In this document: one piece after another, positions 36,001 to 47,150 of the stretch
Layout of the letters: the number at the start of each line of letters is the position of its first letter
How positions within the stretch are numbered: position 1 is the stretch's first letter
Origin: Haliotis cracherodii
Lineage: Eukaryota
Length of the DNA stretch: 64,000 nucleotides
Reading direction: 5' to 3'
Assembly (NCBI RefSeq): GCF_022045235.1
Contig: NW_027266297.1
Coordinates: forward strand, 55,366,001 to 55,430,000
Position numbers and translations under genes: made by a program
The notes under the pieces: model-generated
The model's input: only the letters and a program-made list of their open reading frames with translations
The model's database searches: none
Told to the model about the DNA's origin: nothing

Positions 36001-39000
36001 CACATCACTACCACCACCTATCCCTCCAGACTGCCACCTACACCCTACACTAATCACCACCTTTACCACATCTATACCTCCAGCTCTACCCACCACTGAC
36101 CAGCTCTACCCACTGCTGACCTCCAACTCTACCCACCGCTGACTAGCGCTACCCATCGCTGACCTCCAACTCTACCCACTGCTGACTTCCAGCTCTACCC
36201 ATCATTGACCAGCTCTACCCAAAGCTGACCAGCGCTACCCACCGCTGACCTCCAACTCTACCCATCACTGTCCAACTCTACCCACTGCTGACCTCCAGCC
36301 CTACCCACCGCTGACCTCCAGCTCTACTCACTTCAATCATGAACTTGTGATCATCATCCAGAGGTTTTTCCTTAATGGCCTTGAGCTCCTCCTGAGAGTA
36401 GTCATACTGCTGCTTGAGGTACTCTCCGAATGCCAGCTTCCCGTCACCATCACCGTCCTCCTCAGCCAACTTTTTCAGAGCTTCCTCTTCATCCAGAGAC
36501 CTGCCGACAGATGACCCAGGATATACAGACACTGGACGGAGCAATAATGCAATCAAGTCATTCATTCACACTGGAAAACACTGGCTATCTCTTCATATCT
36601 GAATTGCAAACAAGGAGATATGCCTGGGGAACTTGGAACTGATTCTGCCCAGAGTTCCTTAGTTGCCTTGTAAATATCTAAGTAGGATTATAAAGGACAT
36701 GACATGACCTGGCCTATAAAAATGAATAGGTCGATTTGTTGTTAATTGGCTCACTCAGCAATATTCCAGCTATATGAAGGCTTTAGGTAAATAATCGAGT
36801 CTGGACCAGACAATCCAGAGATTGACATCATGAGCATCAATCCACACAATTGAGATACGATGACATGTATCAACCAAGTCAGCAAGCCTGACCACCCGAT
36901 CCTGTTAGTCGCCTCTTGTGGCAAGCATAGTCACCATTTACGGCAAGCATGAGTTGCTGAAGACCTATTCTATCCCGGATCTCCACGGGTCCAAGTGAAT
37001 AAGGAAGAGATCAGCATACAGAGGTAAGAAATATTTCATGGAATTGTCTCCAATATTTTTTTTTCAATAAAGTCTGACTTTCTAACTGGAAGTAGCGACA
37101 TAGAACACAGGTTATATTAAACAATAATCAGATTATTGGAGACGGTAACCACAGCTGGCATGCAGATTACAATCAAACACTGAAATACAAGTAGACGTTG
37201 CACATGGACATTTTCTCCACCTACTTGAGAGACTGCAGGATCCATGTGATGAACTCTTCCTTAGAGATGCGTCCATCTTTATCCAGGTCGTGTGTCTTGG
37301 CCAGCTTCTCCAATCTGTTCTTGGCCTGCTCCGGAGTCAGGTCATCAGCGTCCTGCGCTTCTTCCCGGGATCCTGGAACCAGATGTACCAATACAGAGTC
37401 TGACACACACTTATCTACCGGTAGCATCTATATCTAGTATCTACATCCCTGACCCGTGAAGATCGGGGTAGGATAGGTCTTCAGCATCCCATGCATAGGC
37501 AACTATGCTTGTCACAAGAGGCGACTAACATGATCAGGTGGTCAGGCTGATGCATGTCATCATATCCCAAATGCATAGATTGATGCTCATGATGTCAATC
37601 ACTGGATTGTCTGGTCTAGACTTAATTATTTAAAGACCGACATCATATAGCTGAGTGTGGCATTAAACAACAAACACACAAACAAACAATCACACTTGGC
37701 ACATGCCAAAGTTAAACATCGGGGTTCTAATTTTGAGGGGTTTCAAATTATGAATTTTTAACTCTTTGGTTGGTGGCAATTCAGACTATGATTCAAGGAT
37801 GGCAGAGAATTCTGGGAAATGTGCCTGTATTTTAAGTGCTATATTTTTAGTTGCCACTGGTGTCCATATGTGATTTTTAAAAGAAATATGAGCCTATAAC
37901 ATTATAGAGAGACCAGGACCAAGTGTATCAAAACTTCATTAACTAAGGGTTCATTAACCCTACTGGTTCATTAAATTCTGGACCCGTGGAGATCTGGGGT
38001 AGAATAGGTCTTCACCAACCCATGCTTGTTGTAAAAGGTGACTGTGCTTGTCGTAAAGAAGTGACTAACAGGACCAGGTGGTCAGACGCACTGACTTGGT
38101 TGATGCATGTCATCGTATCTTAATTGCATGGATCGATGCTCGTGATGTCACTCACTGGATTGTATGGTCCAGATTATTTATAGACTGATATCATATAGAT
38201 GGAATATTGATGAGTGCGGCGTTAAACAACAAACAAACTTTAAATTCTGAATGTTTCATTTGTTAATGGGACCATTATTATGGGTTTTACAAAGTCGTCC
38301 TTAAGCAATCATTAACTTGAGATACTTTAAGTGTAAAATCTCCATTGGCATGTCATTAAATTAGGGGATTCCCAATAAGCTTCCGACAATTCTGTTTTAG
38401 CAAACAAACAGTCCTTAATGTCATCTGCCAAGTGGTTTGAGTCGTAGCTGTTCCTTCTCTTGTAAGTTATAATTGCAGAACACATCACTTCAGATGTTCA
38501 TATTGTCATGTAGCTCACATGTTTTTGAAGTTTCAATTCAACAAGTTCTTTATCGGACCCCTGCATTTCATCAACATATGACTAGGCATGTTTGGTTTAA
38601 TGACAGATTCATGGTAGCCCAAATCTCCATTCAGTTAATTGCCCATTCATATTTTTATCGACCAAGTTTGTTGTACCTTTCGGTCACCTGAATTCGCTGA
38701 AGGAATATATTTACCAGCGTTAGAAATTGGCACTAGTCCTATAGTCTTTGCCAAACTGCCCAATAGTTAAGGTATCCCACTGGATAAATACATAGATCTA
38801 ATATATACAAGTTCAACCTATCGGGATGTAGGTCTCTGTGCCCGTCGTAACTGATGTTGACCAAATTTTAAAATGTCCGGTTTGCACTATCACAAATCGG
38901 ACATTTTGTCACAATCGGACAAGTCCTGCGCACAGACTGATTTCCGGATCCCTGCCGTACACCCAACATAACAACAATGTATATTATTACCCAACATTAC

Positions 39001-42000
39001 ACAGTACATCATTACCCAACATAAACACACCGTACATTAATACCCAATATAACACCGTACATTAATACCCAATATAACAACACCGTACATTAATACCCAA
39101 TATAACAACACAGTACATTAATACCCAATATAACAACACCGTACATTAATACCCAATATAACAACACAGTACATTAATACCCAATATAACAACACCGTAC
39201 ATTAATACCCAATATAACAACACAGTACATTAATACCCAATATAACAACACCGTACATTAATACCCAATATAACAACACAGTACATTAATACCCAATATA
39301 ACAACACAGTACATTAATACCCAATATAACAACACCGTACATTAATACCCAATATAACAACACAGTACATTAATACCCAATCTAACAACACAGTACATTA
39401 ATACCCAATATAACAACACAGTGCATTATTACCCAATATAACAACACAGTGCATTAATACCCAATATAACAACACCGTACATTAATACCCAATATAACAA
39501 CACAGTACATTAATACCCAATATAACAACACAGTACATTAATACCCAATATAACAACACAGTGCATTAATACCCAATATAACAACACAGTACATTAATAC
39601 CCAATATAACAACACCGTACATTAATACCCAATATAACAACACAGTACATTAATACCCAATATAACAACACAGTGCATTAATACCCAATATAACAACACA
39701 GTGCATTAATACCCAATCTAACAACACCGTACATTATTACCCAATATAACAACACAGTACATTATTACCCAATATAACAACACCATACATTAATACCCAA
39801 TCTAACAACACAGTACATTATTACCCAATATAACAACACCGTACATTAATACCCAATATAACAACACCGTGCATTAATACCCAATATAACAACACAGTGC
39901 ATTAATACCCAATATAACAACACAGTGCATTAATACCCAACATAACACCGTACATTAATACCCAATATAACAACACAGTGCATTAATACCCAATATAACA
40001 CCGTACATTAATACCCAATATAACAACACAGTGCATTAATACCCAATATAACACCGTACATTATTACCCAATATAACAACACAGTACATTATTACCCAAT
40101 ATAACAACACCATACATTAATACCCAATCTAACAACACAGTACATTAATACCCAATATAACAACACCGTACATTATTACCCAATATAACAACACCGTACA
40201 TTATTACCCAATCTAACAACACCATACATTATTACCCAATATAACAACACAGTACATTAATACCCAATATAACAACACCGTACATTAATACCCAATATAA
40301 CAACACAGTACATTAATACCCAATATAACAACACAGTACATTAATACCCAATATAACAACACAGTGCATTATTACCCAATATAACACCGTACATTAATAC
40401 CCAATCTAACAACACAGTACATTAATACCCAATATAACAACACCATACATTATTACCCAATATAACAACACAGTACATTAATACCCAATCTAACAACACA
40501 GTACATTAATACCCAATATAACAACACAGTACATTAATACCCAATATAACAACACCATACATTATTACCCAATATAACAACACAATTTATACATTACATT
40601 TTTATTACTAGCAGGAGACATAATATGAATAACTATTTTATGTTTTGGGGATTTTTTTGGCTGCTTTTCAGTAGAGGAGGCAGGTCCATGAGTGAGTGAG
40701 TTGGGTTTTACGTCGCTTTTTCACTATTGCAGTGATATCATGGCATTTCAGCTTAAGGAAAGCCTGAAGTGACCAAGGTCTCAGACATTTTACCACTTCA
40801 GTGAAACCCACGAGCACAGGTATGGTGCTGACAAACCTAAAAACATAATCGGGGCAAACCGGGATTTGAACCCACAATCATAGGTTTCTGGTATGTCCAA
40901 GGGATGCAACTCTGCACAGCGAATCATGGCGCCTTAGAAGATTGGGCCACCTGTGTGTGCTAATGCACAAGAGTCCTGCTTATTGTAGCTTAGACATGTA
41001 GATCACTGTCCTGATCTTACTGCATGAGAGATGTGAGACACTTGGGCATGCAGTGAATACCAGCTGTGGTAAGAAGTGGTTATCCAGCCAAGTGGTTAAA
41101 GAATCTGCTTGTCCTGCAGAAGATCCATCTTTGATTCCCTACATGGGTACAATAAAGCCCATTACTGGTGCCCGTCACCGTGATACTGCTGGAATATTGC
41201 TAAAAGCAGCAGAATACCATACCCACTCCAGCTGTGATAAAACAATTGGATCACAAGTACAACAGGGGGTCAGGTTACCCAAAACAAAAATTTGGGGGGC
41301 CTAATCCACCCATGCCTGCAGCTATCCCAAAGTCTTATGAAATACTCTTCTAGTGTTTAAGATGAAGAACCAAATACATGTACTAACAGTATACACTGAA
41401 CCGAGATGCTGGCAGCTGTTGCATCCTGGGTCTCGCCGCCACAAAGGAGGCTGCCAAGAATCAATGGACAAAAGAGGCACAGGCTGGCTGCCTATTAAGC
41501 AAAATACCAGAGTCAATAGGCTGTTTGTATGGCTGTTCATGCTTCCCCTGTGACTGGCCGCATTGCCTGTGGAGCTATGTTGCATGTGGCACAGCATCCA
41601 CGTCACAACCTCAGCAACTCATACAGCCAGCAAGATACTGTATGGATGACAACTTCTTTATTCTATTATGATGTGACATTTCAGTATGGATCATAGAGTC
41701 CTTGACACATAAACAACATCCTTCGAACAGACCTACTTTTGTGTTGAGCTGAGGTATTCGTGATAGTGCTTATCCACCAAAAGCCAAGTTGTTTTAGAAT
41801 GTTGGAAAAAAAATGGAAATTAAGCATGACAATTTCTGACACATCATCCATGAGGACTGAATTATTCATATTAGTACCACTGATTAAATATATGACTGAT
41901 CAGAATAATTCCATCTAATTTAGTGATCATACTTATAATTTTATCATTAACTTTGAATTTCATAATGTTTTCTGCAGGTTGCATGTTCCAAGGGTGGGAT

Positions 42001-45000
42001 CATGTGACATGACCTGGGTGCCAATTCACAATCTATGACTGTCCTAAGTCTATGTAAAAAGTAAGAGGTTAAGATCAGCTTAGCGCTAAGATCACCATGT
42101 GTATTGGGGCCCTGGACCTTTGTCTTTTTGTAGTTTTCCAGGGACAACCAGTGTTCCCACTGGCTTTTGAAACTGCCAGTCCTTGTGGACTGGCAACTCT
42201 AAAAATTATCAGTCCCCCCCTAAATTTTACCAGTCCCAACTTTTAACAAATAAAAAAACATATGAAAATTATTTGGTTTTAATTTTCTCAAAATCATGTT
42301 CAGTGCAAAGATGTCATGTCTGAAGTAACTTAGTTAGATCCATACCTCATTCACCAAAACTTCAGGCCCAAGTTTCTCTCTCTTTTTTTAATATTTCGAG
42401 ACTTAATATAAGTCACTACAAATGGATATTTCACCTAGAAATAGACATGGGGAAACCCTGATGGTAACAGACTGACTTTGTTCAAAAAATTTACTTATAT
42501 GAATATCACTGATGTTTTGTTCAACAACAAAGATTTATAAGGTACTTTATTTGCCGGTCCACAGAGACTGGCAGTCACGTGAATTACCGGTCCAAGCCTA
42601 ATTTTACCGGTAAAAAACTGGTAATACCGGTAAACAGGAACGCTGGACAACATATGTTCGATCAAAAGTTAATGCTTTAGTATGTACACATGTCCCAAGC
42701 TGATATGCGCAGAGTTGGTGCTTAGTTCAGTAAGGTTGATCGTATTCATGTCGTGGGGCTAAATCAGCCGTGGTCGACCCAGCCCTTATTTAAAAAAATA
42801 TTACCAGACATGATCCTTGGTAGAGACCAGCTCTTAACAGTAACTATGGCCCCTACTTACACCTAACGTAGCACTAACGTAGCACTAACATCGTCGTGCA
42901 ACATAAGGCCCTGTTCCACAAAGCAGTCATATCACGAAGACATATCCCCAAGCCAAGGGCATCATCCGACCATATAGATAACTACACGATGAATCGCTAA
43001 GAACAATCAAGAACAAAGCAAGATTCATTTCATGATAAAACACTGTTATAACATGACATCATTTTAAACATGTGCTTGCAACTTGATGACATTGTATATT
43101 GGACTACAATATGTTTGAGAGAGGAGTGTCCAGTGAGTTGTTGCCCATACATGTAGTTGGGCAACGCAGATGAACGTGAATAAAACACTGCAGGGCGAAT
43201 AAACCACCAATTTCACCCGTGCCGAACTAGGCTGGAATTTCCAGGCTCGATCGCAGTGCAACCAGTTGCAATAATAATAGATCTAGTATAACCCTGCGAA
43301 GTGCATCATACAAGTTGAGCACCTCGATTAAAAACATCAAAGATTTGCAAAATCTATGTTGGCGCAATGCTGACGTTACACATGCTTTGCAAATCATGCA
43401 GTTGACCGAAATGTGCATGTTGATTGCGAACCATGTTTATGAGCAGGATGTCTATTTTGTTACACGATTTTGATTGAACTATGCAAAGACTTGTTAGTCT
43501 AGACAAAATTTAACTCGGGAAAGATCAATTCTCAGCTGGAGCCTTGCTGATCATGTATCATTTTACCCTAACATTATTGATTGTTGCTCCTAACACAGAC
43601 AACTGGTTTGTCTGACCCAGACTTGATGACTTCATAAGAGCCTGTGATATAGCTTACAAATATTGCTGACGACTCACTCCTTGCCAATGCCCTTCACTAC
43701 AACCACACAACCCAAAACAAAGATGTGAAAGTTGGGTTGAAATCACTTTGCTATGAATGGACAAAAAAACACTTCCCCTTCTGAACATGGAGAAGCTCCA
43801 TGAAGCAAGTAAAAAAAGCATTGACACCATCTTCACAGGCTCCCCATCCCTTAGAACCATCCTCCAAGTTTATGGCCACAACCCCCATCCAACAAGCAAG
43901 CCCCCAGAGGAGTAATCTATAAAATTAACTGTGACTGTGGTGAAACCTCCCGTCCAGTAGATACTCACATCCAAGAACACAAGATTTCAACAGAAAAGCA
44001 GACAGCAAATCAACCCACTCAGACCACCAGCAAAAATCCCCTAGCCATCAAATTTGTATCACAAAGTACAAATCCACTCTACAAAACATCAGAACTTCAC
44101 CCCAAGAAAACTCTCAGAAGCTATAGAAATCAACCGTCCAAAACCTTGGATGAACAGAGATCAAGGGTATTATACCTCACCTGCCTATTAAGATCTAATT
44201 AAGCAATAGACTAGTTTAATTAGGACACAATCAGCTTGTCACAACTGTATAATCCCTTTAATCCTTAGCCTTACTGTACGTCTGGTTTCACTACCCGTTT
44301 GCTTCATTACCTGGGTGTTATTTGTTATCCTTACTGTACATTTGGCTTCATCCAATTATCTGTATGCTACTTGTTACCTGTTACCATTGTTGTCAATGTT
44401 AATCTGCTGCTTATCATGTCATGCATATATACCTCTCATCACATGGTTATTGCACTCCAGCTTGATGACGGTGTAAGAATGTACATGGAAACATCACTAT
44501 TTGCAACAAACCAGGAGTTGTTGTCCATAAAGTTGTACATTTTTTACTTATTTATGAACTTCTAGAATGCCAATCAAACAGTCCATGAAGCAAGACATCA
44601 AATGTGATGTTTGTTTGATGTTTAACGCAGCCTTCGGCAATATTTAAGCTATATGATGGTGGTTTGTAAATAATCAAGTCTGGACCATACAATCCAGTGA
44701 TTGATATCATGAGCATTGATCCACGCAGTTGGGATATGATCACATAAATCAACCAAGTCAGCGAGCCTGTCCACCCGAACCTGTGAGTCGCCTCTTACGA
44801 CAATGTGCCGAAAGGCGACTATGTTTGTCGTAAGAGGCGACTTACAGGATTGTACTTGGTTGAATGCATGTAATTCTACTGTGATGTAAACAGTAAGGAC
44901 AAAACTAGGACTAGCCTGTGTGGCCATTTCCATTCTACTATTTTCTAGGTCTAGACATTTTGATAACTAGGTGAAACTTGAACACTGTTCCTGTGTAATT

Positions 45001-45415
45001 AGGGTACACATTAACTACATTGTGTATTATATTTTATATTCATCATGAAAGTTGAGTTAGCACACAACGAACGCCGGAAATTGGAAGAATCCTGTAGAAA
45101 ACAACCCCAGTATGCTAAATAACCATAAATGATAACTGTGGACTCAGCTTTCCATTGATGATGTGCCGGTTGTAAGTGCCCACAAAAGGCTAGTTAGTTT
45201 TAGGCACGCAGTACTTACAACTCACCTAAGACTGCTTCGTGGTCGCGATGTTTGTTCCTCTCCCCGTCAGCTGTCTCGTTCACTCCCCCCAAGGGGTCGT
45301 GTTGGGCGTGGGCAGCCGGGGCTATCTTTTCTTTATTCTCTGCATTCACTTTGGTAACGGCGAGTACCAGCGTCATGGCCAGACACATTGACAACACACA
45401 CGTGAAGCCCTTCAT
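30099..45415 (-). CDS. CREC-family (reticulocalbin-2/calumenin-like) ER-lumenal Ca2+-binding protein, six EF-hands, signal peptide, C-terminal KDEL, about 326 aa
   Basis: Coding exons 45226-45415, 37225-37372, 36332-36500, 33793-33985 and 30099-30379 (981 nt, phases consistent). Hydrophobic N-terminus MKGFTCVLSMCLAMTLVLAV; CREC motif DHEAVLGSREEA..DDLTPEQAKNRL; EF loops DLDKDGRISKEE, DGDGDGKLAFGE, DLDKNGILDKSE, DTDNDTAVSLIE, DTDNDGFLKGDE, DANKDGFLSLAE; C-terminus ATDYGE...KDEL*. Confidence 0.92.
31300..31880. repeat. 24-bp minisatellite
   Basis: Unit ACATCTATACCTCCAGCTCTACCC. Confidence 0.93.
32300..32945. repeat. About 17-bp C/A-rich minisatellite
   Basis: Unit CCCCAACCCACAAACTT and variants. 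Confidence 0.9.
34010..34177. repeat. Long near-perfect inverted repeat (arms about 77 bp, loop about 12 nt)
   Basis: TAAGAATTGACTTCACTTTGTGTGAGTTCATT... versus ...AATGAACTCACACAAAGTGAAGTCAATTCTTA. Confidence 0.95.
35123..35833. mobile_element. Second non-autonomous DNA transposon family with about 70-bp TIRs and 9-bp TSD
   Basis: TIR CATCTTC...GAAGATG and TSD CCTCTACAC at 35114-35122 and 35834-35842. A related inverted fragment lies at about 43200-43520. Confidence 0.85.
35436..35592 (+). mobile_element. SINE family C (tRNA-Asp-like head), nested in the 9-bp-TSD element
   Basis: TAGCCTAGTGG A box, GTC anticodon context (CGTCACGC), GGTTCGATTCC B box and 15-bp TSD TCACAATATAGATCT. Other copies at about 41077-41228 (+) and 53629-53745 (-). 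Confidence 0.85.
36070..36331. repeat. 21-24-bp minisatellite beginning at the CREC exon 4 donor site
   Basis: Unit CTCTACCCACCGCTGACCTCCAG and variants. Confidence 0.88.
37451..37690 (+). mobile_element. Repeat family B (SINE-like, no tRNA head), representative copy
   Basis: Head GACCCGTGAAGATC.GGGGTAGAATAGGTCTTCAGC, module TGCTTGTCGTAAGAGGCGACTA, the shared SINE tail and (AAAC)n. Further copies at about 14901-15175, 19141-19403, 37981-38238, 46539-46790 and 48389-48625 (+), and 13290-13465, 14115-14270, 19745-19853, 26500-26755, 36735-36992, 44605-44842, 54047-54125 and 54395-54600 (-). Confidence 0.85.
38960..40585. repeat. 28-bp AT-rich minisatellite
   Basis: Unit ACATTAATACCCAATATAACAACACAGT. 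Confidence 0.96.
40687..40953 (-). mobile_element. SINE family A copy
   Basis: Colinear similarity to 15766-16052. Confidence 0.8.
42149..42645. mobile_element. hAT-like MITE with apparent 6-bp TSD
   Basis: Termini CAGTGTTCC and GGAACGCTG, subterminal CCAGTCC/ACCGGT repeats, and GACAAC on both flanks. Confidence 0.55.
43640..44540 (+). mobile_element. Penelope-like element 3' remnant (GIY-YIG endonuclease fragment plus decayed hammerhead)
   Basis: GVIYKINCDCGE at about 43909-43945 and EAIEI...MNRDQGYY-like sequence at about 44117-44173. Hammerhead-like TGATGA-stem-GAAAC at 44461-44495. Confidence 0.6.
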
Positions 45416-45512
45416 CGTCACACGAACCTATAAAAAAACAAACACACGTGGTTTATCATCTGCTGTACGGGTACAGAAAACGAAATTAAGCAAATTCACC
45501 CCCAATACTTAC

Positions 45513-45610
45513 GTTGTCACTTTCACTTACAGAACTAGAGTCCAGAAATGGAAAACAACGATTCAACTCTTTCTGAACACGCAAGTGCTCGCGTGTACAC
45601 TTATAGGAAC
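45513..45610 (-). other. Probable non-coding first exon of the CREC gene
   Basis: Acceptor TAG at 45428-45430 lies just upstream of the ATG exon. Donor GTAAGTA starts at 45512. A CCAAT box lies near 45646-45650 on the minus strand. The upstream boundary is approximate. Confidence 0.55.
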
Positions 45611-47150
45611 CGGATGTAGCAGTAGTAGCGAGTTGTCGATTCCTCATTGGCTGTTATCACAATGCCCTTGTTATTGACTGCTATTAAGGCGCAGGTTGTT
45701 AGAAGGCACATGTTAAACGTGGACGGGGACAACATGCTTGCTATAGATTACCCACATCTCATTTACTTTCATATTGATTTGCCCGTAGCCACTTTAGACT
45801 TTTCAATAGCAACTGGAAAGTGTTCAAATATTTTAGAAGTGTTGGATTGGGAACAGCTCGTAGACTGAACGTTTTGTAATCACATCTGGTTATTGTATAT
45901 ATTTATTATTATAATGTACATGGGTGGTATTTCGGCGTTTCTTAACTTCACCTCACACGTCATTTGGTGACATGTCACCAGGAGATTGAGTTCAGTTCTT
46001 AGTCCCAGCTGTGGCGGCCTCGTGTCCTTAGTACGTTTGTTAAGTTCTTTACAACCTTTGAATTGATGAATTGCAACTGAATGAGAAACATAGTTCGAAA
46101 TAACTACCCAGTCCATAAACTTATCGTTTTAATGTCTGGATGAGTGGACGCAACATCCCCTGGTAAGAAGTCGGAGTTGATTACCTTTAAAGACTCATTC
46201 TATGGATCCAGCTTTATAAAAGGAAGGATTTCATTTTGTAATTCTTTTATTGACATTACAAAATGAAATATTGACATCACTAAATCGATTTATGATGTAA
46301 TAATTATTGTTATTACATTATGTTTAGTTCAATTTACCGATTAAATAGCTGAGTTCATCGTGTCAAATTAGATGAATAGTGAATTTAGAAATTGTGATAT
46401 CAATAAATCACCTTTAAGGGATTTCATATTCATATTATATATCTGTTATTCAGTTTATTGATCTCTAAACATCTAATCAGTAAATGTAGTTACACGCCTC
46501 CTTTATACTTTGAGTTTAGAGACCAGTCTCATTCAATAGACCCGCTGGAATTCCGGGTAAGAATATAGGTCCCCAGCAACATATGCTCGTCGTTGGAGGC
46601 GACTAAGTGGATCAGTGGATCGGGTGGTCAGCCTCGGTGACCTTGTTGATTGCATGTCATCGTGTCCCAAATGCGTGGATCGATGTTTATGATGTCATTC
46701 ACCGGATTGTCTGGTCCACACTCGATAGTTTTTTTACATACCGCCGTCTGGAATATTGCTGATTGCTACGTTAAACAAAAGACAAACACTCATTTAAATC
46801 ATGCATGTATAGGAGAATGTCCGAAATCTCGCCATTATTGTCGCACGTTAAGATTGTTCAAGGCCGTTAGGCCGAGAACAAGTTTTACGTGCGATAATAA
46901 TCGCGAGATTGAGAACTTTCTCATACTTAAAACAAAGTTTGATCAAGTTGATGCCTCAAACTAATCTTCAAGTGATATTCACGTGCCAAACTAACGGAGG
47001 TGTGTTCTAGTTGTACATGGTCATGACAAACCAAGTCGCTAAAACACACCAATAAACGTGCAAAACTATGGGAGTGTGGTGTGTATATCTGCACATGCAA
47101 CACGATATTTTACGATTTTCGATGAACGACGTTCGACTCATGGTTGTCAG

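Noticed and set aside
45620-45660. Possible ER-stress element (ERSE) in the CREC promoter
   Set aside because: CCAAT is present but is not followed by CCACG at 9-nt spacing.
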